Below are positions 1 to 52,200 of a stretch of 64,000 bases of DNA, in pieces. Source of the DNA: Tubiluchus corallicola (Eukaryota > Animalia > Priapulida); assembly GCA_030141605.1 (NCBI GenBank), contig JAQGDQ010000591.1, positions 69,992-133,991 of the forward strand. The letters run 5' to 3'. The notes beneath the pieces were generated by a model. It searched no databases, was not told the DNA's origin, and was given only the letters and a program-made list of their open reading frames with translations. The first letter of the stretch is position 1; each line of letters starts with the position of its first letter. The position numbers and the translations under genes are program-made.

Positions 1-37527
<37,527 letters not shown>

Positions 37528-37850
37528 ACTATCACACCACAAGATCTTCTGTTTGAAATAGCTATATTACTTAAGCCTGGTGAATATGCTCAGTTTCTGG
37601 AAAACTGGACAGGTGATGTATAAAATCGATGAAATATGTAAAATTGGTTGTGAAAGCACCGAATTAACCACGGCGAAACGTGAGTGTTTTAACAGGTTAA
37701 AGCCAACGTGAACATGGTAATGATGTTGCCAGAACTTGTAAATAAGCTAAACTTTCTAGCTACTTTAGAGAGTGTTAAAACGTTTTTCTGTCATAAACCC
37801 TGTGGATATTGTTACCCACGATTTAGAAGTAACGAAATTATAGCAATGTA

Positions 37851-37856
37851 AATAAA
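37851..37856 (+). terminator. Candidate polyadenylation signal of TSPEAR-like gene
   Basis: First AATAAA noticed ~320 nt after the stop codon. Confidence 0.4.
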
Positions 37857-38412
37857 CATTATAACGTATTATGAGCTCAGACGGTCTACGTCTATGCAGA
37901 ATAGGGTGTTATATAGATTTATATGTATACTTCTCTACTGTACTGCTTTTAAAGCCAAAAAATCTTGAGTTGGATTTTAGTGGCTTTATTACGTTTTATC
38001 TGAAAGCAAACCATATACTTTATAAGTAAATTATGAAAGTTTGAACATGAGACTTTATAACTAATTGCATAATGTTTATCTGAAAAATTACACAACATCG
38101 TAATGGTGATGATAATATTTTGCAAAAATAAGATGACTTAACATCTTGGCATCTCTTGAATGATTATTCAAGTGTAACATTGCTTATCGTAGCACTACAC
38201 ACGACCTGAACACGTACTGATAAAAAGGCTGTATTTTGAACTACACCTGAACAAGACTGGTCACGTGACCAATCGCAAAAATGTATTTTCGGTTTACAAT
38301 TAGCAAAAACTTTGCTTTATTGTGTATGCTACGTATACAAGTTCACGATCTGTACGGAAAGCTTGAGTATTGATTTTATTGTGCAAACAATTTTGTAAAA
38401 TATAGGTGCGCT

Positions 38413-41400
38413 AATATAAGAATAAGCTTAATTGTCTTGACTGTAATGATAGGCATTGCACGGCCGAGTAATTTATGTACTATTTATGCTCTTTCACAAT
38501 GTCAAATTAGAGATTGTAATTAGAGAACTGTGTAATTTGTTTGATTTAGTAGCACTTTATCCATTATAATGTCGTAATTAGTGTAATGTTCAGTTTTGTT
38601 GCAGACACTACTTCCTATACTTAACAGTTTTTAAAAAAATCTAATAAATAATATAACAGGTATATAAAATATTTGTTTATTTACATCTATTTACAATTTA
38701 TTTGCCATTCCATTTTATCAACCCGTTCCTGAAGAAATTTCACATTCGTAGTCGTGTGTTTATAGTCGTATACTGCCCTTACAGGCATTTATTTAAACGA
38801 AATACTTTATGATGGTAACTGTTTGTGGTGTGTAAGACGACTGACTTGTTTGACCTTTATGGGCTTTTAAAGTGCCTAAAGCTGTACAGGGAAACGTGTT
38901 ACTAAATCAATATCATTTTGACCGATAGACGCAGACATTTTGACGATAAGCCATTTGAAACAAGTTTAGATAACACTGAGTAAAGTTTGAAAAAATAATC
39001 AGAGAATTCATAGTGCATATATCACTGACTAAGTAAAATTTTAAATTAATGTATCTTTAATGTCAGTAGGATTAAAAACACCTGGAGGGTGAGTCAGCAA
39101 CATTTTACGAATTGGTGAAAGCATGTTAAATAATCAATAATTTTCTTTTCTAGTTACATAAGTCTTTCAAGCAGGTAAGCGAAGTGCTAAGTAACATTCT
39201 AACATAACCGTGCATGTAAAAGTTTTTTGGGACATAGTTTCACATGTACTGCAATGTCATGTAATGGCGCCGTCGGAACACTGTCACGGGAAACTTAAAA
39301 TGAAAACAAACAAAAAATCCTTTTGACGTGAGTACGATTTGCTCATATAATTGCTCCCGCAAACACATTTAACAGATGACAACCATTCTTAGATTTTTAA
39401 GAATAATATAAGAATATATAATATAAGAATAAGCTTAGTTGTCTTAACTGTAATGATAGGCATTGCGACTTTCATTTACCACTATTATTTAAACTACTTT
39501 AAAAACTCTACTACATATTTTACAATTGTTGAAATCTTGCTCTGCCTGGGCGTGCCCCACGATACTACAACAGTGGATAACGCCCAACGACGGAACTGAG
39601 AGTCATGGTGGTAATCAAAAACCTGTAATGTGGGCATAGGAGTGGTGACCTCTGAATCAAAGGTCACAGCAGCAGGATTCAAAATGTGAGAGTTAGAGTG
39701 AATGACTTTGTCATTCAACTGCTCCTACAGTACTGGAGTAAGAGTGAAAATTCCTAGGGCTTTGAGTGAAATTCCAAATTTTTTCACGTGTATTTAGGTG
39801 GGGTAGGTCTAAATTAGGTATTTTTCGGAAATTGGAGCCTAGGAAAATTTGGAGTTGGGAGCCAAAATGTGAAAATTAGAGCAAACGGATTTGTCACCCA
39901 CTTTAAATGCTGAAGCATGTGTGGGCAAGTTGGTGGATGTAAATGTGCAATAAGGATTTTTCCGAGAGTGGGCGTAGCCAGGTCACGTGACATTGGTTGA
40001 AATGTTAAAATGGGGTCTGCTCCGTAACTGAGTAAGTGTAACAGCTAGAATAAAAAAACTTGCAGGGTAGACACCTAACCTAGGTAGACACAGAGCGGTG
40101 AGCTCTGGGTTAAAGATCACAGCAGCAGGACAATAAATGTAAGAATTAGGGCGAATGACTTGTCCTTCAAGTCCAATTCCAGTATCGGACTAACAGTCAC
40201 TGTTTATGCATGTATATGTAACAGGGCAGGACTAGCTGTATATTGCGTATTTTTCAAAAAGTGGGCATGATCTGGTCTCGCGACATAGGCGAAAGCTTAA
40301 AATGGGATTGCTGTAAAATGGATCTCCTAGGTAACCAAGCACGGATAATTCAGCAATTGCAAAATTATGATCTTAAGACGAAGACCAGGTCAGCAAAGAT
40401 TTTTCACAGTTGCAATTTTGGTCATAATGCAGAATCTTAAGTTTATGACTTTGTGATAAAAACGGACAAGTTTGACATTGTTGTACATGTATGTGCAAAA
40501 GTAATTTTATTTAAAAGTGATTATACGTTATTTGCTTAATTACATGTTCCATTTAATTTAGGGAAGCGTTTTTTGTTTCAGCAATCTAGACTTGGGTGGC
40601 TTGATGGATGTCTAATAATTTTATAACTTCACGAGTGTTTGTTCGTATATAGCCCTTACAGGCATTTATATAAACGAGATACTTTATGATGGTAACTGTT
40701 TGTGGTGTGTAAGGCGACTGACTTATTTGCGCTTTATGGGCTTTTAAAGTGCTTAAATCTGTACAGGGAAACGTGTTACTAAATCAAGATCATTTTGACC
40801 GTTAGACGCAGCCATTTTGACGATAAGCCATTTGAAACAAGTTTAGATAACACTGAGTAAAGTTTGAAAAAATAATCAGAGAATTCATAGTGCATACATC
40901 ACTGACTAAGTAAAATTTTAAATTAATGTATCTTTAATGTCAGTAGGATTAAAAACACCTGGAGGGTGAGTCAGCAACATTTTACCAATTGGTGAAAGCA
41001 TGTTAAATAATCAATAATTTTCTTTTCTAGTTACATAAGTCTTTCAGGCAGGTAAGTGAAATTCTAAGTAACATTCTAACATAACCGTGCATGTGAAAAC
41101 TTTTGGGACATAGTTTCACATGTACTGTAACGTCATGTAATGGCGCCGTCGGAACACTGTCGCGGGAAACTTAAAATGAAAACAAACAAAAAATCCTTTT
41201 GACGTGAGTACGATTTGCTCATATAATTGCTGCCGCAAACACATTTAACAGATGACAACCATTCTTAGATTTTTAAGAATAACATAAGAATATATAATAT
41301 AAGAATAAGCTTAGTTGTCTTAACTGTAATGATAGGCATTGCACAGCCGAGAAATTTATGTACTATTTATGCCCTTTCACAGTGTCAAATTAGAGATTGT

Positions 41401-41580
41401 AATTAGAGAACTGTGTAATTTATTTGATTTAGTAGCACTTTATCCATTATAATGTCATAATTAGTGTAATGTTCAGATTTGTTGCAGACACTACTTCCTA
41501 TACTTAACAGTTTTTAAAAAAAATCTATTAAATAATATAACAGGTATTTAAAATTTTTGTTTATTTACATCTATTTACAA
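38413..41580. repeat. Local direct segmental duplications (38413-38700 = 41297-41580; 38775-39467 = 40652-41342)
   Basis: Near-identical sequence read directly in both positions. Confidence 0.85.
39470..40800. repeat. Inverted duplicate of 50160-51400 and 52410-52520
   Basis: ORF-track pairs 40243..40440(+) / 50523..50747(-) and 39494..39718(-) / 52251..52457(+) share translated sequence; DNA reverse-complement match read directly. Confidence 0.9.
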
Positions 41581-43133
41581 ATATATACAAGACAGTTGCC
41601 ACAAATTTTCCAGATTAGCAAATTTCCAGAGAAAATTTTTAAGGTTTCAGCCCTTCCTGTAATAAACAGAAAAAATTTCACATTTAGTGTAGAATACATA
41701 AGCATACATGAGTTCAGTTTGATAAAAGACTTAACCTAATCCAAGATACCTCTCAAGCCGTGTAATGCAATGGCTTACGCCAGAAGAGGGGGTCACGGTC
41801 CAATGGCAGAATACTGTACAAAATACTAATGAAAACTGTTGCTAAATAATCACAAAAGAATGAAACCCTTGCATGGTATCTATTAATGCAATAGCTGTAC
41901 GTAACGTAATTTTCTTAATGGTGTCAACAACGATATTGTGAAAGCAGCCATATTGAATCTTACATTATAAGTGTATTGGATGATGCGCATCTCTAGTGTC
42001 AAAAACTTGTGCACATTTTAACATGATTTTAGATGATTATTTAGTTTCCATCAGTTTTTAGCATGTATTTCGCATGAGATTTGTCGAAAGAAGGACACAA
42101 ATCTTGGTCTCCTTGAAATTCTTGCATCTCGAACCAACGATTTTTATATCACAAGCTAGGCCTCCTTTATCACAAAAACTCAGAACTATGAACTATGAAT
42201 TCTATTTCACACATCAAAAATACAATATCAAACGCATTAATAAACTTGAAATAAAATCAGTTTGAGTAGTGCGAGGTGAGTGTACGTAACGGTCATTAAC
42301 ACACTCACCTTACTTAAGTGAAAAAATGATTATAGTTATGCATGATTCTGTAGACAACGTAATGTAAATAAGGATGAAGTAAATGATGTAATAATAGCAA
42401 AGGTATAAGAGCAATAAACCTGAAAGTTGAGAAAGGAAAACATAATATGTAATTACGACTTAGAGTGAGCCTTAAGGAGTAATTTTTTTTAAATAGTTAC
42501 GAATATGAATTATGTGTTTATCTGCCAATGCACCACTTACTTGTATATACAATGATATATCTCAGACATGCATAACTGTCAACTAATTGTTAACTACCGC
42601 TTATACACAAGTAATTCATTACAGATGGCATTAGTGCGTGCACTTTGTTTACCAACAGCAAATGGATGGATCTGAGTGATCTGGATTTCTATGAACTATG
42701 AACTATAAATTTTAATTCACACATCAAAAAAATACAATATTAAACGCATTAACAAATTTAAAATAAAGTAATTTGGGTAGTGCGAGGTGAATATAGGACC
42801 ATACGCTTATTAACACACTCACCTTACTTAAATGAAAAAATTGTTATAATTTCAGCAGTTTTAATAAAATTTCGTACTGATGATTAAGTTTAGGTAATTG
42901 ACATGAAGATCCTGCATGAAATGTGAATTCAGATGTATTATAAATTAAATATAAGGACCGCAAGGTTAAGTCTATAGTTAATGCATTAGGAATCTTTATT
43001 ACAGTATAAGGGCCTTATCGCGTTGGCTGCAAGATCGATTGATTATGTTTCTCTATAATGGACCTTAAAATGAATTGGAATAATCTAATATTTCACAACT
43101 TATTAAGTAGCGCTGTAACGGTACGATATAGGC

Positions 43134-43218
43134 TTAAGCATCCCCAAAATAGGCTTCTTCTTGAGTAATGGAAACAAGCAGGAACTTGGTATAATTTTTG
43201 TCCATGAGCATCGCGGAG
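43134..43218 (-). CDS. Candidate ZDHHC terminal exon
   Basis: Acceptor TGTCTTAG|, correct phase 2, (S)[27 protein letters not shown]; minus-strand AATAAA at 43000-42995. No motif conservation to confirm it. Confidence 0.45.
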
Positions 43219-46200
43219 CTAAGACAACACATACAATAATCTTTTATTATGAGTTTGGTCAAATGGTCGAGCACGCAAGACATTTTTCAGATCGAGTGGC
43301 GACTGCTGGGCTATCAGCTACTAAAACTGGGGAAAGCACAAACAGCACGATGAACACAAGTTATTATTTTCGTTTTACAGCAAACATTGGCTGCATGTCT
43401 GTGCTTTGACATAGCAAAATTGCTGATTATTATTCTGTATTTCTACATTCATTATTATTCTATTTTCTGCATTTCTGTTTGTATATTATTGAAACAGTAT
43501 CATGCTGTTGATATTATGATGGTCAGTTATGTTATTATTTTATTTTCCTTCTGATCGTGCTATCGTTAATAAAGTATGAGTAACTAAAGAAATGCCTTGG
43601 TGGGACTGGTCATACAATCTGCCACATTTTTCTATAATCGTAATTCCTTGTTTTACACTTAATAAAGCGTCAATAACTCGTGTTTATTATTTGTAAATAT
43701 ATGAATATAAACAAACATTTTACTTACCAAATCAACAAGAAAATGGGAAACTCTATCAAGGTGCCAAAAAGTTTTGCAAAATTGTGAGAAATTACCAGCT
43801 AAGCAAAATATCATACATCAAATCAGCAATTCTATATTACTGAAACAAAAAACAGTTGCATAAATTGAATGGTACATGTAACTAAGTAAACAAAGCATTA
43901 TGACCTTTTAATAAAATCACTTTAGTTCGAGTGGTGCCACCTGTCTGCTGGGCTATCAACTACTAATGCTAAACAGTCCCCCATTGATGAATGATACACG
44001 CATTTCCCATGTAGTATCATAAGTTATTACAACTGATCAACTACATCAAGTCCATGACAATGTTCTTGTACATAATAGTTCTAACGTGCATCTTAGTTGA
44101 TTCGCTCAGCTGAAACAATTTATGTAGTTTCACGTCCTTAATTCACATTTTGGTGGCTTTGCAAAAATCATGACAGCAGTTTGAAAAGCATGATTTAGTT
44201 TTTGACCATTAAACCTGAAAAATCACGACAGCAGTTTGAAAAGCATGATTTAGTTTTTTGTCCATTAAACCTGAAAAATCACGACAGCAGTTTGAAAAGC
44301 ATGATTTAGTTTTTGACCATTAAGCCTGAAAAATCACGACAGCAGTTCGAAAAGCACGATTTAGTTTTTGACCATTAAACCTGAAAAATCACGACAGCAG
44401 TTTGAAAAGCATGATTCAGTTTTTGACCATTAAGCCTCGTTCACTGAAAACAAGCAAAGTACAAACAGCAATGTGAACGCACATTACTGTTTCAGTATTA
44501 CAACAAAAATTAGTTTCATATCTGTGCTTTGACATAGCAAAAGTGCTGATTATTATTTTGTTTTTCTACTTTCATTATTATTCTATTTTCTGCATTTCTG
44601 TTTGTATATTATTGAAACAGTACCATGCAGTTGATATTATGATGGTCAGTTATGTTATTATTTCATTTTCCTTCTGATCGTGCTATCGTTAATAAAGTAT
44701 GAGTAACTAAAGAAATGCCTTGGTGGGACTGGTCATACAATCTGCCACATTTTTCTATAATCGTAATTCCTTGTTTTACACTTAATAAAGCGTCAATAAC
44801 TCGTGTTTATTATTTTTAAATATATGAATATAAACAAACATTTTACTTACCAAATCAACAAGAAAATGGAAGACTCTATCAAGGTGCCAAAAAGTTTTGC
44901 AAAATTGTGAGAAATTACCAGCTAAGCAAAATATCATACATCAAATCAGCAATTCTATATTACTGAAACAAAAAAACAGTTGCATAAATTGAATGGTACA
45001 TGTAACTAAGTAAACAAAGCATTATGACCTTTTAATAAAATCACTTTAGTTCGAGTGGTGCCACCTGTCTGCTGGGCTATCAACTACTAATGCTAAATCC
45101 CCATTGATGAATGATACACGCATTTCCCATGTAGTATCATAAGTTATTACAACTGATCAAATAAATCAAGTCCATGACGATGTTCTTGTACATATAGTTC
45201 TAACGTGCAACAAAAATTTGCAGCAAATTTTGAAACGTTTAACTGATAATTCTAACAATTGGTTTATTAAACTTTGATTTTTATTGGCATTTTAGTTGAT
45301 TCGCTCAGCTGAAACAATTTATGTAGTTTCACGTCCTTAATGCACATTTTGGTGGCTTTGCAAAAATCATGACAGCAGTTTGAAAAGCACGATTTAGTTT
45401 TTTGTCCATTAAACCTGAAAAATCACGACAGCAGTTTGAAAAGCATGATTTAGTTTTTGACCATTAAACCTGAAAAATCACGACAGCAGTTTAAAAAGCA
45501 TGATTTAGTTTTTGACCATTAAACCTAAAAAATCACGACAGCAGTTTGAAAAGCATGATTTAGTTTTTTGTCCATTAAACCTGAAAAATCACGACAGCAG
45601 TTTGAAAAGCATGATTTAGTTTTGACCATTAAACCTGAAAAATCACGACAGCAGTTTGAAAAGCATGATTTAGTTTTTGACCATTAAACCTGAAAAATCA
45701 CGCAGCAGTTTGAAAAGCATGATTTAGTTTTTAACCATTAAACCTGAAAAATCACGACAGCAGTTTGAAAAGCATGATTTAGTTTTTGACCATTAAACCT
45801 CAAAAAAAATCACGACAGCAGTTTGAAAAGCATGATTTAGTTTTTTGTCCATTAAACCTGAAAAATCACGACAGCAGTTTGAAAAGCATGATTTAGTTTT
45901 TGACCATTAAACCTGAAAAATCACGACAGCAGTTTGAAAAGCATGATTTAGTTTTTGACCATTAAGCCTCAAAAATCACGACAGCAGTTTAAAAAGGCAT
46001 GATTTAGTTTTTGACCATTTAACCTGAAAAATCACGACAGCAGTTTGAAAAGCATGATTTAGTTTTTGACCATTAAACCTGAAAAATCACGACAGCAGTT
46101 TGAAAAGCATGATTTAGTTTTTGACCATTAAGCCTCAAAAATCACGACAGCAGTTTGAAAAACATGATTTAGTTTTTGACCATTAAACCTGAAAAATCAG

Positions 46201-49200
46201 GACAGCAGTTTGAAAAGCATGATTTAGTTTTTGACCATTAAACCTCAAAAATCACGACAGCAGTTTGAAAAGCATGATTTAGTTTTTGACCATTAAACCT
46301 GAAAAATCACAACAGCAGTTTGAAAAGCATGATTTAGTTTTTTGTCCATTAAACCTGAAAAATCACGACAGCAGTTTGAAAAGCATGATTTAGTTTTTGA
46401 CCATTAAACCTGAAAAATCACGACAGCAGTTTGAAAAGCATGATTTAGTTTTTGACCATTAAACCTGAAAAATCACGTCAGCAGTTTGAAAAGCATGATT
46501 TAGTTTTTTGTCCATTAAACCTGAAAAATCACGACAGCAGTTTGAAAAGCATGATTTAGTTTTTGACCATTAAACCTGAAAAATCACGACAGCAGTTTGA
46601 AAAGCATGATTTAGTTTTTAACCATTAAACCTGAAAAATCACGACAGCAGTTTGAAAAGCATGATTTAGTTTTTGACCATTAAACCTGAAAAATCACGAC
46701 AGCAGTTTGAAAAGCATGATTTAGTTTTTGACCATTAAACCTGAAAAATCGCGACAGCAGTTTGAAAAGCATGATTTAGTTTTTGACCATTAAGCCTCAA
46801 AAATCACGACAGCAGTTCGAAAAGCACGATTTAGTTTTTGACCATTAAACCTGAAAAATCACGACAGCAGTTTGAAAAGCATGATTCAGTTTTTGACCAT
46901 TAAGCCTCGTTCACTGAAAACAAGCAAAAGTACAAACAGCAATGTGAACGCACCTTACTGTTTCAGTATTACAACAAAAATTAGTTTCATATCTGTGCTT
47001 TGACATAGCAAAAGTGCTGATTATTATTTTGTTTTTCTACTTTCATTATTATTCTATTTTCTGCATTTCTGTTTGTATATTATTGAAACAGTACCATGCA
47101 GTTGATATTATGATGGTCAGTTATGTTATTATTTCATTTTCCTTCTGATCGTGCTATCGTTAATAAAGTATGAGTAACTAAAGAAATGCCTTGGTGGGAC
47201 TGGTCATACAATCTGCCACATTTTTCTATAATCGTAATTCCTTGTTTTACACTTAATAAAGCGCCATTAACTCGTGTTTATTACTTGTAAATATATGAAT
47301 ATAAACAAACATTTTACTTACCAAATCAACAAGAAAATGGAAGACTCTATCAAGGTGCCAAAAAGTTTTGCAAAATTGTGAGAAATTACCAGCTAAGCAA
47401 AATATCATACATCAAATCAGCAATTCTATATTACTGAAACAAAAAAACAGTTGCATAAATTGAATGGTACATGTAACTAAGTAAATAAAGCATTATGACC
47501 TTTTAATAAAATCACTTTAGTTCGAGTGATGCCACCTGTCTGCTGGGCTATCAACTACTAATGCTAAATGTCCCCCATTGATGAATGATACACGCATTTC
47601 CCATGTAGTATCATAAGTTATTACAACTGATCAAATAAATCAAGTCCATGACGATGTTCTTGTACATATAGTTCTAACGTGCAACAAAAATTTGCAGCAA
47701 ATTTTGAAACGTTTAACTGATAATTCTAACAATTGGTTTATTAAACTTTGATTTTTAATGGCATTTTAGTTGATTCGCTCAGCTGAAACAATTTATGTAG
47801 TTTCACGTCCTTAATGCACATTTTGGTGGCTTTGCAAAAATCATGACAGCAGTTTGAAAAGCACGATTTAGTTTTTTGTCCATTAAACCTGAAAAATCAC
47901 GACAGCAGTTTGAAAAGCATGATTTAGTTTTTGACCATTAAACCTGAAAAATCACGACAGCAGTTTGAAAAGCATGATTTAGTTTTTGACCATTAAACCT
48001 GAAAAATCGCGACAGCAGTTTGAAAAGCATGATTTAGTTTTTGACCATTAAGCCTCAAAAATCACGACAGCAGTTCGAAAAGCACGATTTAGTTTTTGAC
48101 CATTAAACCTGAAAAATCACGACAGCAGTTTGAAAAGCATGATTCAGTTTTTGACCATTAAGCCTCGTTCACTGAAAACAAGCAAAAGTACAAACAGCAA
48201 TGTGAACGCACCTTACTGTTTCAGTATTACAACAAAAATTAGTTTCATATCTGTGCTTTGACATAGCAAAAGTGCTGATTATTATTTTGTTTTTCTACTT
48301 TCATTATTATTCTATTTTCTGCATTTCTGTTTGTATATTATTGAAACAGTACCATGCAGTTGATATTATGATGGTCAGTTATGTTATTATTTTATTTTCC
48401 TTCTGATCGTGCTATCGTTAATAAAGTATGAGTAACTAAAGAAATGCCTTGGTGGGACTGGTCAAGCAATCTGCCACATTTTTCTATAATCGTAATTCCT
48501 TGTTTTACACTTAATAAAGCACCAATAACTCGAGTTTATTACTTGTAAATATATGAATATAAACAAACATTTTACTTACCAAATCAACAAGAAAATGGGA
48601 AACTCTGTCAAGGTGCCAAAAAGTTTTGCAAAATTGTGACAAATTACCAGCTAAGCAAAATATCATACATCAAATCAGCAATTCTATATTACTGAAACAA
48701 AAAAACAGTTGCATAAATTGAATGGTACATGTAACTAAGTAAACAAAGCATTATGACCTTTCAATAAAATCACTTTAGTTCGAGTGGTGCCACCTGTCTG
48801 CTGGGCTGTCAACTACTAATGCTAAACAGTCCCCCATTGATGAATGATACACGCATTTCCCATGTTTGTGTCATAAGTTATTACAACTGATCAACTACAT
48901 CAAGTCCATGACAATGTTCTTGTACATAATAGTTCTAACGTGCATCTTAGTTGATTCGCTCAGCTGAAACAATTTATGTAGTTTCACGTCTTAATGCACA
49001 TTTTGGTGGCTTTGCAAAAATCATGACAGCAGTTTGAAAAGCATGATTTAGTTTTTGACCATTAAACCTGAAAAATCACGACAGCAGTTTGAAAAGCATG
49101 ATTTAGTTTTTTGTCCATTAAACCTGAAAAATCACGACAGCAGTTTGAAAAGCATGATTTAGTTTTTGACCATTAAACCTGAAAAATCACGACAGCAGTT

Positions 49201-52200
49201 TGAAAAGCATGATTTAGTTTTTGACCATTAAACCTGAAAAATCACGACAGCAGTTTGAAAAGCATGATTTAGTTTTTGACCATTAAACCTGAAAAATCAC
49301 GACAGCAGTTTGAAAAGCATGATTTAGTTTTTGACCATTAAACCTGAAAAATCACGACAGCAGTTTGAAACGCATGATTTAGTTTTTGACCATTAAGCCT
49401 GAAAAATCACGACAGCAGTTTGAAAAGCATGATTTAGTTTTTGACCATTAAACCTGAAAAATCACGACAGCAGTTTGAAACGCATGATTTAGTTTTTGAC
49501 CATTAAACCTGAAAAATCACAACAGCAGTTTGAAAAGCATGATTTAGTTTTTGACCATTAAACCTGAAAAATCACGACAGCAGTTTGAAAAGCATGATTT
49601 AGTTTTTGACCATTAAACCTGAAAAATCACGACAGCAGTTTGAAAAGCATGATTCAGTTTTTGACCATTAAGCCTCGTTCACTGAAAACAAGCAAAAGTA
49701 CAAACAGCAATGTGAACGCTCATTACTGTTTCAGTTTTACAGCAAAAATTAGTTGCATATCTGTGCTTTGACATAGCAAAAGTGCTGATTATTATTCTGT
49801 ATTTCTACATTCATTATTAATCTATTTTCTGCATTTCTGTTTGTATATTATTGAAACAGTATCATGCTGTTGATATTATGATGGTCAGTTATGTTATTAT
49901 TTCATTTTCCTTCTGATCGTGCTATCGTTAATAAAGTATGAGTAACTAAAGAAATGCCTTGGTGGGACTGGTCATGCAATCTGCCACATTTTTCTCCAAT
50001 CACAACTCCTTGCTTTACACTTAATTAGGCACCACTGACTCATGTTTATTATTTGAAACTGTGCGAGTATAAATAAACATTTCATTTACTTTTACTTACC
50101 ATATTTACAAGAAAACTGCAAACTGATATTAATGTGCCAAAAAGTTTTGCAAAATTTGAAACGGTCAAAATGATCTTGAATTAGTAACACGTTCCCCCGT
50201 ACAGATTTAAGCACTTTAAAAGCCCATAAAGCGCAAATAAGTCAGTCGCCTTACACACCACAAACAGTTACCGTCATAAAGTATCTCGTTTATATAAATG
50301 CCTGTAAGGGCTATATACGAACAAACACTCGTGAAGTTATAAATTTATCAGACATTCATCAAACCACGCAAGTCTAGATTGCTGAAATAAAAAACGCTTC
50401 CCTAAATTAAATGGAACATGTAATTAAGCAAATAACATATAATCACTTTTAAATAAAATCACTTTTGCACATACATGTATAATAATGTCAAACTTGACCG
50501 TTTTTATCACAAAGTGATAAACTTAAGATTCTGCATTATGACCAAAATTGCAACTGTGAAAAATCTTTGCTGACCTGGTCTTCGTCTTAAGATCACAATT
50601 TTGCAATTGCTGAATTATCCGTGCTTGGTTACCTAGGAAATCCATTTTACAGCAATCCCATTTTAAGCTTTCGCCTATGTCGCGAGACCAGATCATGCCC
50701 ACTTTTTGAAAAATACGTAATATACAGCTAGTCCTGCCCTGTTGCATGCATAAACAGTGACTGTTAGTCCGATACTGGAATTGGACTTGAAGGACAAGTC
50801 ATTCGCCCTAATTCTTACATTTATTGTCCTGCGCTATGATCCTTAACCCAGAGCTCACCGCTCTCAAACCGCTCTGTGTTTACCTAGGTTAGGTGTCTAC
50901 CCTGCAAGTTTTTTTTATTCTAGCTGTTACACTTATTCAGTTACGGAGCAGACCCCGATTTTAACATTTTCACCAATGTCACGTGACCTGGCTACGCCCA
51001 CTCTCGGAAAAATCCTTATTGCACATTTACATTAACCGGCTTGCCCACACATGCTTAAGCATTCACTCTTAGTCATGTACTGTAAGAAGAGTGGGCGACA
51101 AATCCGTTTGTCCTAATTTCACATTTTGGCTCCCAACTCGGAACTTTGCTAGGTTCCAATTTCCGAAAAATACTTAATTTAGACCTACCCCACCTAAATG
51201 CCTGTGAAAAAACTTTGGAATTTAACTCAAATCCCCAGGAATGTTCACTCTTAGTCCAGTGCTGTAGGAGGAGTTGAATGACAAAGTCATTCACTCTAAC
51301 TCTCACATTTTTGATCCTGCTGCTGTGACCTTTGATCCAGAGGTCACCACTCCTATGCCCACATTACAGGTTTATGATGACCCACACCATAGTGATTCAA
51401 AATTTTAGGCATCAGTAACTTTTATCACCGTAGTAAACAATTACTAGATGTACTGCAATGTGATACCTTGGTGGTATTGGTGTACACAACACGTCAAAGC
51501 AATTCCTATACCATGAGCCTTTTGTAAAGGGGTTTTCCACCTGTGTCCCGTCCTCTGCGGCATGAATTTTTCGCACCTGAAAATATAGCAACAATATCGT
51601 GTCTACTCATATTTCACTGCTGTGAATTAATGTCAATTCTGTATTTAGTACTAGCAGTTTCGACAAAGGCTTATTTTCATTCTTTTTTTGTTGCGAATTA
51701 AACGACTTCCTGGCTAGATTTCGAATGAAACTTAAACTTTGCGAGTATACATTTGCAGAGACCATTTTTTGTATAAGAACTACCTAAGTTCGTAATAATA
51801 TTAAAAACCGATAAAAATAGAAAAGAAATTTCACCGGTGTTGGTGGTACCTTATAAGTGAATGTCACTTATAAACGAGTACCTTATACCCGATGTTGACT
51901 TTATTTACACTGGAAAAGTGTTCAACAGTTACATACCACATTGAAGAACGCCACACTGTTACTTATTACTCCAGCTGTGTTATGGCTGCATTTTTACCGC
52001 ATGAATGTTTTTATTTACAAAATAATGTGGCTTCTCGAGTACTAATCTCGTGGTGGTGGGTTTTTGCAATGATCATGACAGCTGTATATGCAGGTTCGCT
52101 GGTGTCATTTTTGACAATCAAAACACCTTTACAACCCTTCACGTTACTGAAGAAGTTACCGCAAAGTTCCTTAACTCCAGCCAGTTTTGTCAACTGGGCA

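Noticed and set aside
40243-40440. Duplicated small protein (also 50523..50747)
   Set aside because: Identity is explained by the DNA-level inverted duplication; no recognisable domain, non-ATG start in one copy, no splice context.
42060-42700. Further minus-strand ZDHHC exons after TTCATAG acceptors at ~42186 and ~42689
   Set aside because: The apparent acceptors are the repeated tails of a dispersed repeat also present at 16680-17060; the required phase gives early stops.
43983-44040. C/D-box snoRNA in each higher-order repeat unit (TGATGA...CTGA)
   Set aside because: Only ~55 nt, no proper terminal stem outside the boxes, and on the strand opposite to the host gene.
43290-50158. CRISPR-like array
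   Set aside because: 55-bp units are head-to-tail with no unique spacers, the long intervening blocks are copies of each other, no cas genes, eukaryotic context.
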